This document shows positions 27,080-36,734 of a DNA stretch of 64,000 nt, piece after piece; the first letter of the stretch is position 1; each line of letters begins with the position of its first letter. The DNA lies in the IMG/VR virus record IMGVR_UViG_3300025139_000008; one strand, given 5' to 3'. The DNA comes from an uncultured virus (IMG/VR IMGVR_UViG_3300025139_000008). Taxonomy: Duplodnaviria; Heunggongvirae; Uroviricota; Caudoviricetes. Below the pieces are notes generated by a model. The model searched no databases. It worked only from the letters and a program-made list of their open reading frames with translations, and was not told the origin of the DNA. The position numbers and the translations under genes were made by a program.

Positions 27080-27901
27080 TTGGACCCAATACCCGTGGCC
27101 CACAAGAAGAAGCAGATTTTCTTTCCCACCGATCCTGTTCACGTCGCCGAGAAGGTCGCAGCCAGCCGGCAGCCGCCCAAGCCGGTCCCAGTCCTGAAAG
27201 CGCAGACCCCCGGTCAGAAAGGTTACATCCGCAAGCTTACCCAGAACCACCACGACATTCTTTTCGCCGTCGGCCCGGCCGGCACCGGTAAGACCTACGC
27301 CGCTGTTCTCGATGCCATCATCAAGTTCCGCCGAGGCGATTGCACCAAGATCATCATCACGCGTCCCATGGTCGGTGCTGGTGGTGAAGAGCTTGGCACT
27401 CTGCCGGGCGGCGTGATGGAGAAGGTGGCACCATGGTGCATCCCGCTCCTCGACATCTTCAAGGAGTTCTATACCAAGTATGAGGTCGAGCAGATGCTGG
27501 ACCGCGAGGAGATCGAAATCGCTCCCCTTGCCATCATGCGTGGCCGCACCTTGAAGAACGCGATCGTGATCGCCGACGAAGCCCAGAACTGCACGATCGA
27601 GCAGATGAAGATGCTGATGACGCGTATCGGCTCGGGCTCGCGGATGGTCATCACGGGCGACATCGAACAGCACGACCGACCGCACGGCCAGTCGGGTCTC
27701 GCCGACGTGATCCGCCGGATCGAGGAAAAGGAAGCACGGACGCGTTTCGAGGCGGCCATTCCCGGATCGATCGTTGCGAGTGATGAGGACGAAGAGACGC
27801 CCCGGCTGCGTCACAGCCGCATCGGCGTCGTGCGTCTTGGTCGCAAGGACATTGTGCGTCACGAGGTGATCGATGACGTTCTGAGCCTCTACGAGGAGTA
27901 A
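27080..27901 (+). CDS. phoH: PhoH-family ATPase
   Basis: GPAGTGKT, RGRTL, DEAQN and TGDIEQHD motifs; start uncertain. Confidence 0.95.
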   Translation: MDPIPVAHKKKQIFFPTDPVHVAEKVAASRQPPKPVPVLKAQTPGQKGYIRKLTQNHHDILFAVGPAGTGKTYAAVLDAIIKFRRGDCTKIIITRPMVGAGGEELGTLPGGVMEKVAPWCIPLLDIFKEFYTKYEVEQMLDREEIEIAPLAIMRGRTLKNAIVIADEAQNCTIEQMKMLMTRIGSGSRMVITGDIEQHDRPHGQSGLADVIRRIEEKEARTRFEAAIPGSIVASDEDEETPRLRHSRIGVVRLGRKDIVRHEVIDDVLSLYEE

Positions 27902-28090
27902 GAAAAAGGTGGGTGCGGCGGTTCTTGGGGGCGGCCGCACCCACAGACAAAGCCGGCCGGGGGTATGGCGGGCTTCGGACGATCGGAATCGGGTAACCGA
28001 TCTCTTCGTCGGTATCTCAACAATTCCCCTACGTCAAGAACCTTTCCCACACATTAACAATGCCGCCGGCATCCACCTCAAGGAAATCCC

Positions 28091-28621
28091 ATGTTTCACC
28101 CACCCATCTTCGTAACCGAGAGCCGCCCCGGCGGCGCGAACGCCAATCACAATCTGTTCCGGATCAAAATCTGGCGCAAGGCTGTCAGCGGAGCGGCCAC
28201 CTTGCTGCAAGAAGTGGTGGAGTGGCAGTTCATCGTTCCGATCATGTTGATGATCCCCGTCTTGGTGGGAGGCGCTGGTTATCTGCTCATCGATTTCCCC
28301 TCGAACGTCGAGTTGGGTTTTTGGATGTTCTTGTCCGTTCTGCTGGGGATCGCCAGCCCGATCTACCTGACGCCGGTCACCCGTGAGATGGAGCTTCGGG
28401 GTAAGACCTGCGAAGCTGTCGCAGCGCATCGGGCCTATGGTGTCGATTTCGAAGAGCGCTTCAACATGGAAGCCGGCTCTCTCACTTACTACAAGCAGTT
28501 CAAGGGTTGGACCCTCGACCGGATCAAAGCCGGGATGCTCAAGAAGGTGCCCTACGCCCAACGCAAGTATGAGGCGAACGCCGCTTGGGTCCTCAAGTGG
28601 AAAGAGAAGCTGGAGAAATAA
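28091..28621 (+). CDS. two-TM membrane protein
   Basis: AAGGA RBS; two hydrophobic helices. Confidence 0.7.
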   Translation: MFHPPIFVTESRPGGANANHNLFRIKIWRKAVSGAATLLQEVVEWQFIVPIMLMIPVLVGGAGYLLIDFPSNVELGFWMFLSVLLGIASPIYLTPVTREMELRGKTCEAVAAHRAYGVDFEERFNMEAGSLTYYKQFKGWTLDRIKAGMLKKVPYAQRKYEANAAWVLKWKEKLEK

Positions 28622-28623
28622 TA

Positions 28624-28790
28624 TGAGACCTCGTTGGCAAGTCACTCTCCTCTTGCTCACCCTTCCGATCTGGTTCCTTCCGGCGATGGTCTACGTTGGC
28701 TGGATGGAAGCAGGACGAGACATCATCACCAAGGATGTCCCGGTCGGTGTGCCGTGGATGCTCTTCGGTAAGAAGCCACGCGGATATTAA
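28624..28790 (+). CDS. small membrane protein (MRPRWQVTLLLL...)
   Basis: Follows the previous stop; start approximate. Confidence 0.5.
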
Positions 28791-28793
28791 ACC

Positions 28794-29318
28794 ATGGAAA
28801 CCTTCTTCATCCTTCTCGGGCAAGCTGTCGTCGGCTGGATCATCGCTGATCTGCTGGGCGGTTTTGTTCATTGGTATCTCGATAGGGTTGCCCGGCCGCG
28901 CTGGGATTGGCTGGAGAAGTCAGTCTGGGCCCCGAACCGGGTTCACCACGCTGACCCGCTGGCGTTCACCGCTCATGGTTTCTTCAACCGCAACTCGACG
29001 ACCTTTGTGGCGGCCAGTGTAGCCGCCGGTTTGTGGCTCTTGGCGTTCGGACCGTCTGTTGTTCTCCTGTTTGCCTACGCCGGTGGGATGTTGCAGAACG
29101 AGGTCCACTACTGGACTCACAAGAAGTCCACCGGTTGGATCAAGGTCATTCAACAAACTGGTGTCATCCAGTCTATCCCAACACATGCCCGGCACCACAA
29201 ACCACCCCAGAACCGGAACTACTGCATCCTGACTGAATGGTGCAACCCGGTGCTGGAGCGTCTGGATGTATGGAACCGGTTGGAGCGCCGCTTCGGAATC
29301 ACCGACATTATTACTTGA
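28794..29318 (+). CDS. CarF/TMEM189/FAD4-type lipid desaturase
   Basis: D..GG.VHW..D, HH..P, HYWTH, HARHH and YC..T.W.NP.L motifs with TM segments. Confidence 0.85.
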   Translation: METFFILLGQAVVGWIIADLLGGFVHWYLDRVARPRWDWLEKSVWAPNRVHHADPLAFTAHGFFNRNSTTFVAASVAAGLWLLAFGPSVVLLFAYAGGMLQNEVHYWTHKKSTGWIKVIQQTGVIQSIPTHARHHKPPQNRNYCILTEWCNPVLERLDVWNRLERRFGITDIIT

Positions 29319-29343
29319 CAGTGGTGGAACATTCTGTTAGGTT
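29301..29343 (+). promoter_or_regulatory. putative late-type promoter
   Basis: CCGACATT-N5-TTGACA-N17-TAGGTT. Confidence 0.65.
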
Positions 29344-29349
29344 TACATC

Positions 29350-29700
29350 AAATCAAATGTAGCATCACGCGCCTAGGCGACATCTCGTTGTAAGATCGAG
29401 ACCACGGGGAGGCGAGTTGGAGGTAGTAAGTCCTTGGTCGGACCGAACCCCGAGACGGACCAATCTGCGATCGAAAAGGCGGACTGTCATTTACCGAAGT
29501 GCTTGATGTGGTAGGTGAGCCCGGTTCCAGTGGGGCCAGATGGGTAAGCCCCTTCTCACGCGTGGTAGGTCTTACAAGACCGCTCGAAGCGCGGGGATTG
29601 TTTCAGATACCGGCTTCGGCCGGCGGTTGGCCCCGTCATCGGCCTGTCTCCTCCCAGACTGGCCCCCTCGCTCCTCGGATCGAGAGGGTCCTTTTCCCGG
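29350..29700 (+). ncRNA. candidate large structured RNA or leader upstream of the portal gene
   Basis: About 350 nt with no convincing ORF; long-range and local helices; own promoter. Confidence 0.5.
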
Positions 29701-29712
29701 AAGTTCTTCTCC

Positions 29713-31479
29713 TTGGCTGATAAAATCACAAAGCGGCAAGCCCGCACCTTCGCTCAGCGACAGGCGCTCTATGCTACGCGTCAGTCGAAGCAGCAGATGA
29801 TGGAGAATGTCCCGCTCTTCGCGAACTGGGACTATGCCAACTGGCGCTTGATCTGGCTGGCGATCCGTCACGCCATGATCGGTGAAGTAGAGATCAAGAA
29901 GCACGGCACCGAATATCTACCCCAGCCGGAAGGCATGGACGAGAGCCAGTATTCGGCCTACCTCGATCGCGCTGTTTTCTACAACATGGTTTACCGCACC
30001 GTCACCGGCCTTACCGGTGCGATCTATCGGCGTGACCCGCGCCTGATGAAGGCTGGTCCCAAGGTCCGTGAGCTTTCGAAGCGCATCTCCAAGGACGGTC
30101 TGTCCCTCAAGCTGTTCGCCAAGGTCATCACTCAGGAAATGCTTTCGACCGGACGCTACGGCGTTCTGGTTGACAAGACTGATGACGCCAACAGCGTGAC
30201 CGCCAAGCCTTACCTCGCCGGCTACACCTGCGAGAACATCTTGGACTGGACGACGACCGAGATCGAAGGACGCGACGAGTTCGACTACATTCTCCTGCGA
30301 GAGTTCAGCGTCGATCGCCGCTTCTTCGAAATGGTTGCCGATCAAGTGGTGCCGAATGCCACCTACGGGCAGTTGTTCACTGTCTACCGCGTCCTGCGTC
30401 TGGTCTACAACGACATGGATAATCGCTGGGAATACCGGCAGGAACTCTACGCCCGTGGTTCGGCCGATGCCGATCTTTCGGAAGAGCCGATCATCACGAC
30501 CCCGATGGTATTCGGCGTCCCAATGAAGCGCATCCCGTTCCGCTTCTTCAATGCCACGACCAATCTCGGCGACATCGAAAAACCGCCGATCCTCGACATC
30601 CTCACCCTCAACCTCTCGCACTACAAGAGCTACGCTCAGCTTGAGCATGGCCGCTTCTACACTGCCAACCCGGTCTACTATGTGTCGGGCGGACAGGAAG
30701 ACGACGAATACCACATCGGCCCCTCGGTCGTCTGGGAAATCGGAAACGGCGAGAAGGCTGGTATCATCGAGTTCAACGGCTCTGGTATGAAGAGCCTTGA
30801 GAATGCCTTGCAGCAGAAGGAGACGCAAGTCGCTTCGCTGGGTGGGCGTTTGCTGGGAGACTCATCGACCGCCGGCCAGTCGGACAATCAGGTCAAGCTC
30901 AAGGATCGCAACGAAGCATCCTTGCTCCTCAACGTCACCACGGTCCTCAACGAGAACTTCACTGAGCTTCTGATCATCCTCGGTAACTGGATGAACGAGC
31001 GCTCAGAAGGTCTGGAGTTCCGCGTCAACCAAGACTTCCTGCTCGATCAGGCCGCCGCCCGTGAGTTCCGCGCCATCACGATGATGTATCAGGCCGGGCT
31101 CATCGGCATCGAGATCATCTATGAATACTTCCTCAAGGCGGATGTTATCCCGGAGTATGTGACTCTGGAAACCTTCACCAAGATGCTGGAAGATCAGGCC
31201 CAGTTCCCGAACAACCCGGACTTCGCCAGCCGCAAGGAAGGGTTCCCGGATGCCCGGACCCAGCGCGCCGACGAACTGGCTCGCGATCTCGACGACAACG
31301 AAACCGGCCGCCTCGACAGCGAACTGGAATCGGACGAAGCGATTGCCGAACAGGCCCGCAAGTCCGCCGAGAAGGTTGCCAAGGAACAGCCGAAGATCGC
31401 TCCTGTCCCAGCGACCGCAAAGCAAGCAATGCAAAAAGACGCCCCGGCACCAGCGCCAAAGCCGGCACCAAAGGCGTAA
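29713..31479 (+). CDS. portal protein (DUF4055-like)
   Basis: YLP...Y..YL.RAVFYN...RTV.GL.G and PP.LD...LNL.HY pattern; position before scaffold and capsid; start uncertain (TTG 29713 or ATG 29797). Confidence 0.88.
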   Translation: MADKITKRQARTFAQRQALYATRQSKQQMMENVPLFANWDYANWRLIWLAIRHAMIGEVEIKKHGTEYLPQPEGMDESQYSAYLDRAVFYNMVYRTVTGLTGAIYRRDPRLMKAGPKVRELSKRISKDGLSLKLFAKVITQEMLSTGRYGVLVDKTDDANSVTAKPYLAGYTCENILDWTTTEIEGRDEFDYILLREFSVDRRFFEMVADQVVPNATYGQLFTVYRVLRLVYNDMDNRWEYRQELYARGSADADLSEEPIITTPMVFGVPMKRIPFRFFNATTNLGDIEKPPILDILTLNLSHYKSYAQLEHGRFYTANPVYYVSGGQEDDEYHIGPSVVWEIGNGEKAGIIEFNGSGMKSLENALQQKETQVASLGGRLLGDSSTAGQSDNQVKLKDRNEASLLLNVTTVLNENFTELLIILGNWMNERSEGLEFRVNQDFLLDQAAAREFRAITMMYQAGLIGIEIIYEYFLKADVIPEYVTLETFTKMLEDQAQFPNNPDFASRKEGFPDARTQRADELARDLDDNETGRLDSELESDEAIAEQARKSAEKVAKEQPKIAPVPATAKQAMQKDAPAPAPKPAPKA

Positions 31480-31482
31480 CCT

Positions 31483-31659
31483 ATGAGTAACCCGGACTAC
31501 GACATCCACTTGGATCGCGGCCAGTTCAATTCTTTGTTCGATGATGATGGAGAGTCCGGGTTCCCATACGGGGAAGATTTGGATGATATTGAACGTGCCA
31601 TAGCCGAAGAACTAGGCCCTCCAAAACCTAGGAAGAAACGGAAGAAGGCAAAAAAGTAA
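31483..31659 (+). CDS. 58 aa protein, acidic N-terminus and lysine-rich C-terminus
   Basis: ATG 4 nt after the portal stop. Confidence 0.5.
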   Translation: MSNPDYDIHLDRGQFNSLFDDDGESGFPYGEDLDDIERAIAEELGPPKPRKKRKKAKK

Positions 31660-31674
31660 CTTTTTTATTCCATC

Positions 31675-31717
31675 ACCGCCATTTTAGCTTGACAGTGCAT
31701 GGAAAATCTCGTATCCT
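31675..31717 (+). promoter_or_regulatory. putative late-type promoter for the head operon
   Basis: CCGCCATT-N5-TTGACA-N17-TATCCT. Confidence 0.7.
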
Positions 31718-31948
31718 TGTCGGCATATTGGAATTGAAAGCGTTTACCGGGGTCCGGATCAACCGCTTCTTCCACTTTCCCACAAACATGGCTCCGGGGG
31801 AGCCTCTACCCAATCCCCAAGGTTCGGAACAAGAAGTAACGCGTCGGTGCGCCGGCAGTCAGCCTTCTTGTTCTGGAAATCCTCTGGAGGGTCCGGAGGT
31901 CGCGATGTGAGACGCGTTCATCTCCAGAACCCTCGGTGAGGATTTCCA

Positions 31949-32737
31949 ATGCCCATTATCAATTTCAACACCCTCGAAGAAGTTCCGGCGGAACTCCGCG
32001 AGTATGCCAAGGCTGACGAAGAGTCCGGCAAGTTCGCCGTCAATGTCGTCCCCAACCAGAAGCTCGTCGAGTTTCGTGAAAAGAATATCGACCTGAGCAA
32101 GCGGCTCGAAGCGGTCACTCCGACCCTCGCCCGTGTTCAGGAAATCGCCGGCGAAGACCTCGATGCCTTCGTCAATGACCTCAACGGTCTCCGCGACATC
32201 GCCCAGCGGGTGAAGGACGGGGAACTCAAGACCGACGACCAGATCGAATCTGCGGTTCAGGACCGCATCAAGGTTCTCCGGGATGGCTACGACGAAAACT
32301 CGAAGGCGCTCCGCAAGGAACTGACCGAATACCAGCAGAAGGCCCAGACGCTCACCGAGCGACTGAACCGCACTGTTATCGACAAGGAAGTCACAGCGGC
32401 CGTCATCGTGCCGGAAAGTGGTGTCCAGCCTCAGGCCCTGCCGGACATTCTCCAGCGTGCCTACGGTCTCTTCAAGATCGAGGACGGACAACTGGTTCCG
32501 AAGCGCGGCGAAAGCGTGATTTACGGCAGCGACGGCGCAAGCCCGATGAGCGTTTCCGAATGGCTCATCAAGCTCCGCGACGAAGCGCCCCACTACTTCA
32601 AGGGCAATACCGGCGGCGGCGCTGCTGGTGGCAAGGAAGAGAAGATTGGCGGCATGACCGCTGCTCAGATCGCCCAGCTTTCGCCCATGCAACGCCTTGA
32701 ACTGGCGAACAAGACCAACGGCAACAAGGGTCGTTAA
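31949..32737 (+). CDS. capsid scaffolding protein
   Basis: Coiled-coil, PHYFK...GGGA C-terminal motif, directly before the MCP. Confidence 0.8.
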   Translation: MPIINFNTLEEVPAELREYAKADEESGKFAVNVVPNQKLVEFREKNIDLSKRLEAVTPTLARVQEIAGEDLDAFVNDLNGLRDIAQRVKDGELKTDDQIESAVQDRIKVLRDGYDENSKALRKELTEYQQKAQTLTERLNRTVIDKEVTAAVIVPESGVQPQALPDILQRAYGLFKIEDGQLVPKRGESVIYGSDGASPMSVSEWLIKLRDEAPHYFKGNTGGGAAGGKEEKIGGMTAAQIAQLSPMQRLELANKTNGNKGR

Positions 32738-32862
32738 GGTTAACGGCTTCGGTCGGTCGTCAGTTCCACGAGATCACCCCGGCTTTGGTAGCCTGTCGGG
32801 GTTAGTCAATCAACCCCTCAGGCTACCGACGACCAACCACCACTCTCTAGGAGTTTTTCAAT

Positions 32863-33789
32863 ATGCTCACTCTGCACGAGGCATCCAAGCTCGTCGATGG
32901 TGATCTCAAGCGTCAGGCGATCATCGAGATGTTCGCTGGCTCGACCGATCTCATGGCCGCTCTGCCCCTCATGGATATTCCGGGTAACTCGTATAGCTAC
33001 GCTCAGGAAGCGAAGCTGCCGAGCGTCGGGTTCCGTGGTTACAACCAAGGCTATGACGCGTCGATCGGCGTGATCAACCCGCAGTCCGAAACCCTCCGCA
33101 TCGCCGGTGGTGAACTGGATGTCGATACCGCGCTCGTCAAGACGCACGGCATCGGTGTTCGCACCCGTCAGGAAGCGATGCAGGTCAAGGCAATGGGTGC
33201 CAAGATCACCGCAGCCTTCATCAACGGCGACTCCAGCGATGGCGTTTCGTTCGATGGTCTGCGTGCCCGCGTCAATGGTTACCAGCTTCTGGCAGCCGAC
33301 GAAGACAGCCCGGCCGCAAACGGCCCGCTGAGCCTCGCAACGCTCGACGAAGCGATCGACCGTGTGGACAATCCGACCCACATCATCATGTCCAAGCGTA
33401 TGCGCAACCTGCTCTCGCAGGCCGCAAAGGACAAGGATGTCGGCGGTGACCTCCAGTGGTCGAAGGACGACTTCGGCCGTCGCGTTGGCTTCTACAACGA
33501 CCTGCCGATCCTCATCACTGAGGACGACGACAAGGGCGAGAAGATCATCGACTTCAACGAAGCCGGCCCGGCCGGTGGTGCAGTCAGCCAGTCCGTCTAT
33601 GTCGTGAGCATGGGCGACGGCAAGATCGTCGGCCTCCAGAACGGCATCATGGATGTCCGCGATCTGGGCGAGATCGACGCAATGCCGGTTTACCGCACCC
33701 GCGTCGAGTGGCTGATTGCCATGGCCGTCATGCACGGCAAGGCAGTGGCCCGCATCTGGGGCATCACCAACGCGGCGATCGTTCGCTAA
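32863..33789 (+). CDS. major capsid protein
   Basis: 308 aa; FINGD...FDGL, LDEAID and YRTRVEW pattern of HK97-fold MCPs; strong RBS. Confidence 0.9.
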   Translation: MLTLHEASKLVDGDLKRQAIIEMFAGSTDLMAALPLMDIPGNSYSYAQEAKLPSVGFRGYNQGYDASIGVINPQSETLRIAGGELDVDTALVKTHGIGVRTRQEAMQVKAMGAKITAAFINGDSSDGVSFDGLRARVNGYQLLAADEDSPAANGPLSLATLDEAIDRVDNPTHIIMSKRMRNLLSQAAKDKDVGGDLQWSKDDFGRRVGFYNDLPILITEDDDKGEKIIDFNEAGPAGGAVSQSVYVVSMGDGKIVGLQNGIMDVRDLGEIDAMPVYRTRVEWLIAMAVMHGKAVARIWGITNAAIVR

Positions 33790-33797
33790 GTTGGTAG

Positions 33798-33825
33798 GTG
33801 GGGGAGGTCTTCGGACTTCCCCACT
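33798..33825 (+). terminator. hairpin after the MCP
   Basis: GTGGGGGAGGTC-TTCG-GACTTCCCCAC; no U-tract. Confidence 0.5.
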
Positions 33826-33863
33826 GACCCTCCTCCACCAAACCTACCTCAGGAGTCATTCAA

Positions 33864-34307
33864 ATGGCAAAGCTCAAGTCCAACTTCAAGTATATGCTGG
33901 ATGCTGCACCGTCGATCACTTTCCGTGACGCTGCCGCTGCCCCGCTGACCGCAGACGGCAACACTGCTGCAATCGTTCTCGACACCCTCGACGGTTACTG
34001 GAACGACAACAACGAACTCGCCGACAGCACCTTCGCGATCGTCGTGAACGTCAACGCTCTCGCCACCGCCGGTGCCGATGAAGAGTATGTTCTCAACCTC
34101 GTGGCAGGCCCGGTTGGCTTCGCAACCTCGACTGTGGTCGGGACCATCACGGTCCTCGAAACCGGCCAGCACGTCTTCCTCGTTGACATCGATACTGTCC
34201 GCAAGTCGGTTCCCGACGCTGCTGCTCTGCGTATCGCCGTTGACGTGACCGGCGTTGCACCGTCGATCGACTTCGTTGCCTTCATCGGCGGCGCGATCAT
34301 CCGCTAA
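33864..34307 (+). CDS. minor capsid / decoration protein
   Basis: Beta-rich 147 aa protein after the MCP. Confidence 0.6.
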   Translation: MAKLKSNFKYMLDAAPSITFRDAAAAPLTADGNTAAIVLDTLDGYWNDNNELADSTFAIVVNVNALATAGADEEYVLNLVAGPVGFATSTVVGTITVLETGQHVFLVDIDTVRKSVPDAAALRIAVDVTGVAPSIDFVAFIGGAIIR

Positions 34308-34313
34308 GTCTTA

Positions 34314-34340
34314 GAGGGCCGGGTAACACCGGCCCTTTTC
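34314..34340 (+). terminator. intrinsic terminator
   Basis: AGGGCCGG...CCGGCCCT-TTT. Confidence 0.7.
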
Positions 34341-34367
34341 GGCCCGACCCAGACTTAGGAGTAACCC

Positions 34368-34850
34368 ATGCAGAACCCGAACACCGTGACGGTCTACAGC
34401 CCTGAGGGCGAACCGTTCGAAATGAGCCGTGTGAACGCACGCGACCTTTGCAGCCACCGTGGCTGGTCGATGTCGCCGCTGACTGTTCCGCCGGTCAAGG
34501 CTGAAAAGCCCGCTGAGATCAAGACCGAAACACCGGTCGAAACCAAGGAAGAAACCCATGCCGAAGCTGACAGCGAAGGAAGCGGGCAAGCTGATGCCAC
34601 CGGTGAAACCGAAGATGGCGAAGGCGAAGGGACAGAAGGCAGCACCAGCGGCGAAACGCCGGGATCGGAACAAGAAGATGTATTGACCGATCCGGTCATC
34701 TTCACAACCGAAGAGCAGTTCGCTGGAATGACCGATCGTGAAGATGTGGTGGTCTATCTGGCAGGCGCTTTCCCTGACTTCAAGCCCCACCACAAGGCAG
34801 GTCGCGACGGCCTCGTTGCCAAGGCAATCGAACTCGCAACGGGCGAATAA
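34368..34850 (+). CDS. hypothetical protein with acidic linker
   Basis: AGGAG RBS. Confidence 0.75.
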   Translation: MQNPNTVTVYSPEGEPFEMSRVNARDLCSHRGWSMSPLTVPPVKAEKPAEIKTETPVETKEETHAEADSEGSGQADATGETEDGEGEGTEGSTSGETPGSEQEDVLTDPVIFTTEEQFAGMTDREDVVVYLAGAFPDFKPHHKAGRDGLVAKAIELATGE

Positions 34851-34932
34851 TCAACAATCAATACCGCTAAGGCGGCTCCGGGCTTGGCAGGCAATTAGCT
34901 TGCCAAGCCCTTTCCTTTTCAAGGACTTTCTC

Positions 34933-35358
34933 ATGGGAAAGCACCTAAAACCAGAACCCAACACAGTCCGTGGTATCTGTATCGAATGTGGTGAAAAACC
35001 TCAAAGAAGCGCTGGTAAAAGAGCAGATGGAAAAACTAAATTTTCATCCTTATGCGGAAAATGCACTCACCAAAGAAATCCACAAAAGAAGCCAAGCAAG
35101 CGCCCAGAAAGATACTGGGAAAATTGGAAAAGAAGTAGTTACAGAAGCCACAAAAAGGACAAGTGCGAGGAATGTGGTTTTATACCACAAGACCCCTGTC
35201 AACTCGATGTGGATCATATTGATGGAGATCATAACAACCATGATCCCAAAAACCTACAAACCTTGTGCGCAAATTGTCATCGATTGAAAACCAAGATGAA
35301 TGGCGACGGGGTTTACCGGAATAAACAAGCAGGAGCAACCCATGGCACTCGTAGTTGA
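34933..35358 (+). CDS. free-standing HNH endonuclease
   Basis: CEECG...LDVDHIDGDHNNHDPKNLQTLCANCH; AT-rich relative to neighbours. Confidence 0.9.
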   Translation: MGKHLKPEPNTVRGICIECGEKPQRSAGKRADGKTKFSSLCGKCTHQRNPQKKPSKRPERYWENWKRSSYRSHKKDKCEECGFIPQDPCQLDVDHIDGDHNNHDPKNLQTLCANCHRLKTKMNGDGVYRNKQAGATHGTRS

Positions 35359-35851
35359 AGATGGCACCGGTGTGGTCACCGCGAATGCCTATGCATCGGT
35401 CGAAGAGGTCGATGAAATTCTGGGTGTCAACATCCACTCACAGTGGAGCCTTATCGTTGATGTGGAGACCAAGGAAAAGCTGATCCAATGGGCCAGCCGC
35501 ATCCTTGATGAACGCGTCAAGTGGTTCGGTAAAAAGACCCACCCCACCAGCGGCCGGGCATGGCCTCGCGTCATGGTCAAAGATCGCGAAGGCCTCTTGA
35601 TCGAAGACAACGTTGTGCCGTTGGCTGTCAAGGTTGCTACGGCTGAGCTTGCCGACCATCTTCTGGCCGGTGACCCTGAGACCGCAAACACCGGATCGAA
35701 CATCACGGCGCTACAAGTCGATGTGGTTATGATCAAGTTCGACGCCCGCCTCGATGCCGAACGCTTCCCGCCCAACCTTTCGAAAATCCTTTACGGACTC
35801 GGCTTTATGTCGTTCGGCCGTGGTGGGCCCAAGAAGATCATCAAGCACTAA
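35342..35851 (+). CDS. head-tail adaptor (DnaT-like/gp15-type)
   Basis: MALVVEDGTG..ANAY.SV and WPR motifs; AGGAG RBS. Confidence 0.8.
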   Translation: MALVVEDGTGVVTANAYASVEEVDEILGVNIHSQWSLIVDVETKEKLIQWASRILDERVKWFGKKTHPTSGRAWPRVMVKDREGLLIEDNVVPLAVKVATAELADHLLAGDPETANTGSNITALQVDVVMIKFDARLDAERFPPNLSKILYGLGFMSFGRGGPKKIIKH

Positions 35852-35854
35852 GTC

Positions 35855-36238
35855 ATGGCACTCAACGACATCATCAAGCAGCAGGTGACCAATGCGTTCA
35901 CCAACATCCTAGCACCGGGTGGTCTCACAGAGTCCATCACGATGAAGTATTTCGTCGCCGACGGTGTATTCGATGTTGAGGAAGATACGGCAGTGCCGCA
36001 GTTCAACGACGTTCCGGATGTCATTGCTCTGGTCGCCAAGCCGACATTTGACGACATGAAGAACCACAAGGTGGTCATGGCTGATGTCAAGCTGGTGATC
36101 GCCGGTCCACTACTTCCAGCAGAGCCGCAAGCTGACACCGATAAGGTGATCCGGGCAAACGGCGAGGAATGGGATGTCCGCAAGGTCGTCGGCGTTCCGG
36201 GCGGATCGGTGTGGCTGGTTTTCATCTATCGGACCTAA
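35855..36238 (+). CDS. head-closure protein (putative)
   Basis: Size and synteny. Confidence 0.6.
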   Translation: MALNDIIKQQVTNAFTNILAPGGLTESITMKYFVADGVFDVEEDTAVPQFNDVPDVIALVAKPTFDDMKNHKVVMADVKLVIAGPLLPAEPQADTDKVIRANGEEWDVRKVVGVPGGSVWLVFIYRT

Positions 36239-36239
36239 T

Positions 36240-36734
36240 ATGGCCGGCGCACGTCTCGAAGGCCGGCAGCAGGCCCATGCAGCAGCAATGGCATCGATCG
36301 AAGCGCTGGAACGGAAGTTCGCTCAGAACATCCAGAATCTGGTGGAAGAAATCGACCATCACATCAAGGCGCTGACCCCGGTCAACACCGGTCAAGCAGT
36401 TCGCAATTATATCTGGTCGATCAACAACCCAAACCCGGTTGTTTATCAAGCGATCAATAATGGCGATCCCGGCCGCACCAACCAGATGGCCTTGGGGACC
36501 GAACCCCGGCGTGGTGTGAACGAAGCAGCGGCCGCCGAAAGCATGAACACCCTTGGGTTGATGAGCAATCCGTTCGGGGTGATCTACCTGACCAACAATT
36601 CTCCGGACATCGTGGGACTTGAAATGGGTATCCTACCGGGCCCGCCTTTCAAATCACGTTCGCCTCGCGGAATGTTCGGCGTCACCGAAGCCTACTTCAA
36701 CGCGCTGATCAAAGCACAAGGAATACTCAGGTGA
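36240..36734 (+). CDS. neck / tail-completion protein (putative)
   Basis: TPVNTG...W, IYLTNN and P.GM motifs; synteny. Confidence 0.65.
   Translation: MAGARLEGRQQAHAAAMASIEALERKFAQNIQNLVEEIDHHIKALTPVNTGQAVRNYIWSINNPNPVVYQAINNGDPGRTNQMALGTEPRRGVNEAAAAESMNTLGLMSNPFGVIYLTNNSPDIVGLEMGILPGPPFKSRSPRGMFGVTEAYFNALIKAQGILR

Noticed and set aside
29350..29700. tRNA, tmRNA or RNase P assignment
   Set aside because: No cloverleaf or T-loop with CCA end, no tag reading frame, no RNase P GAGGAAAGUCC signature; left as unclassified RNA candidate.
29499..29800. Short ORFs upstream of portal
   Set aside because: No convincing RBS, atypical composition; region better explained as structured RNA.
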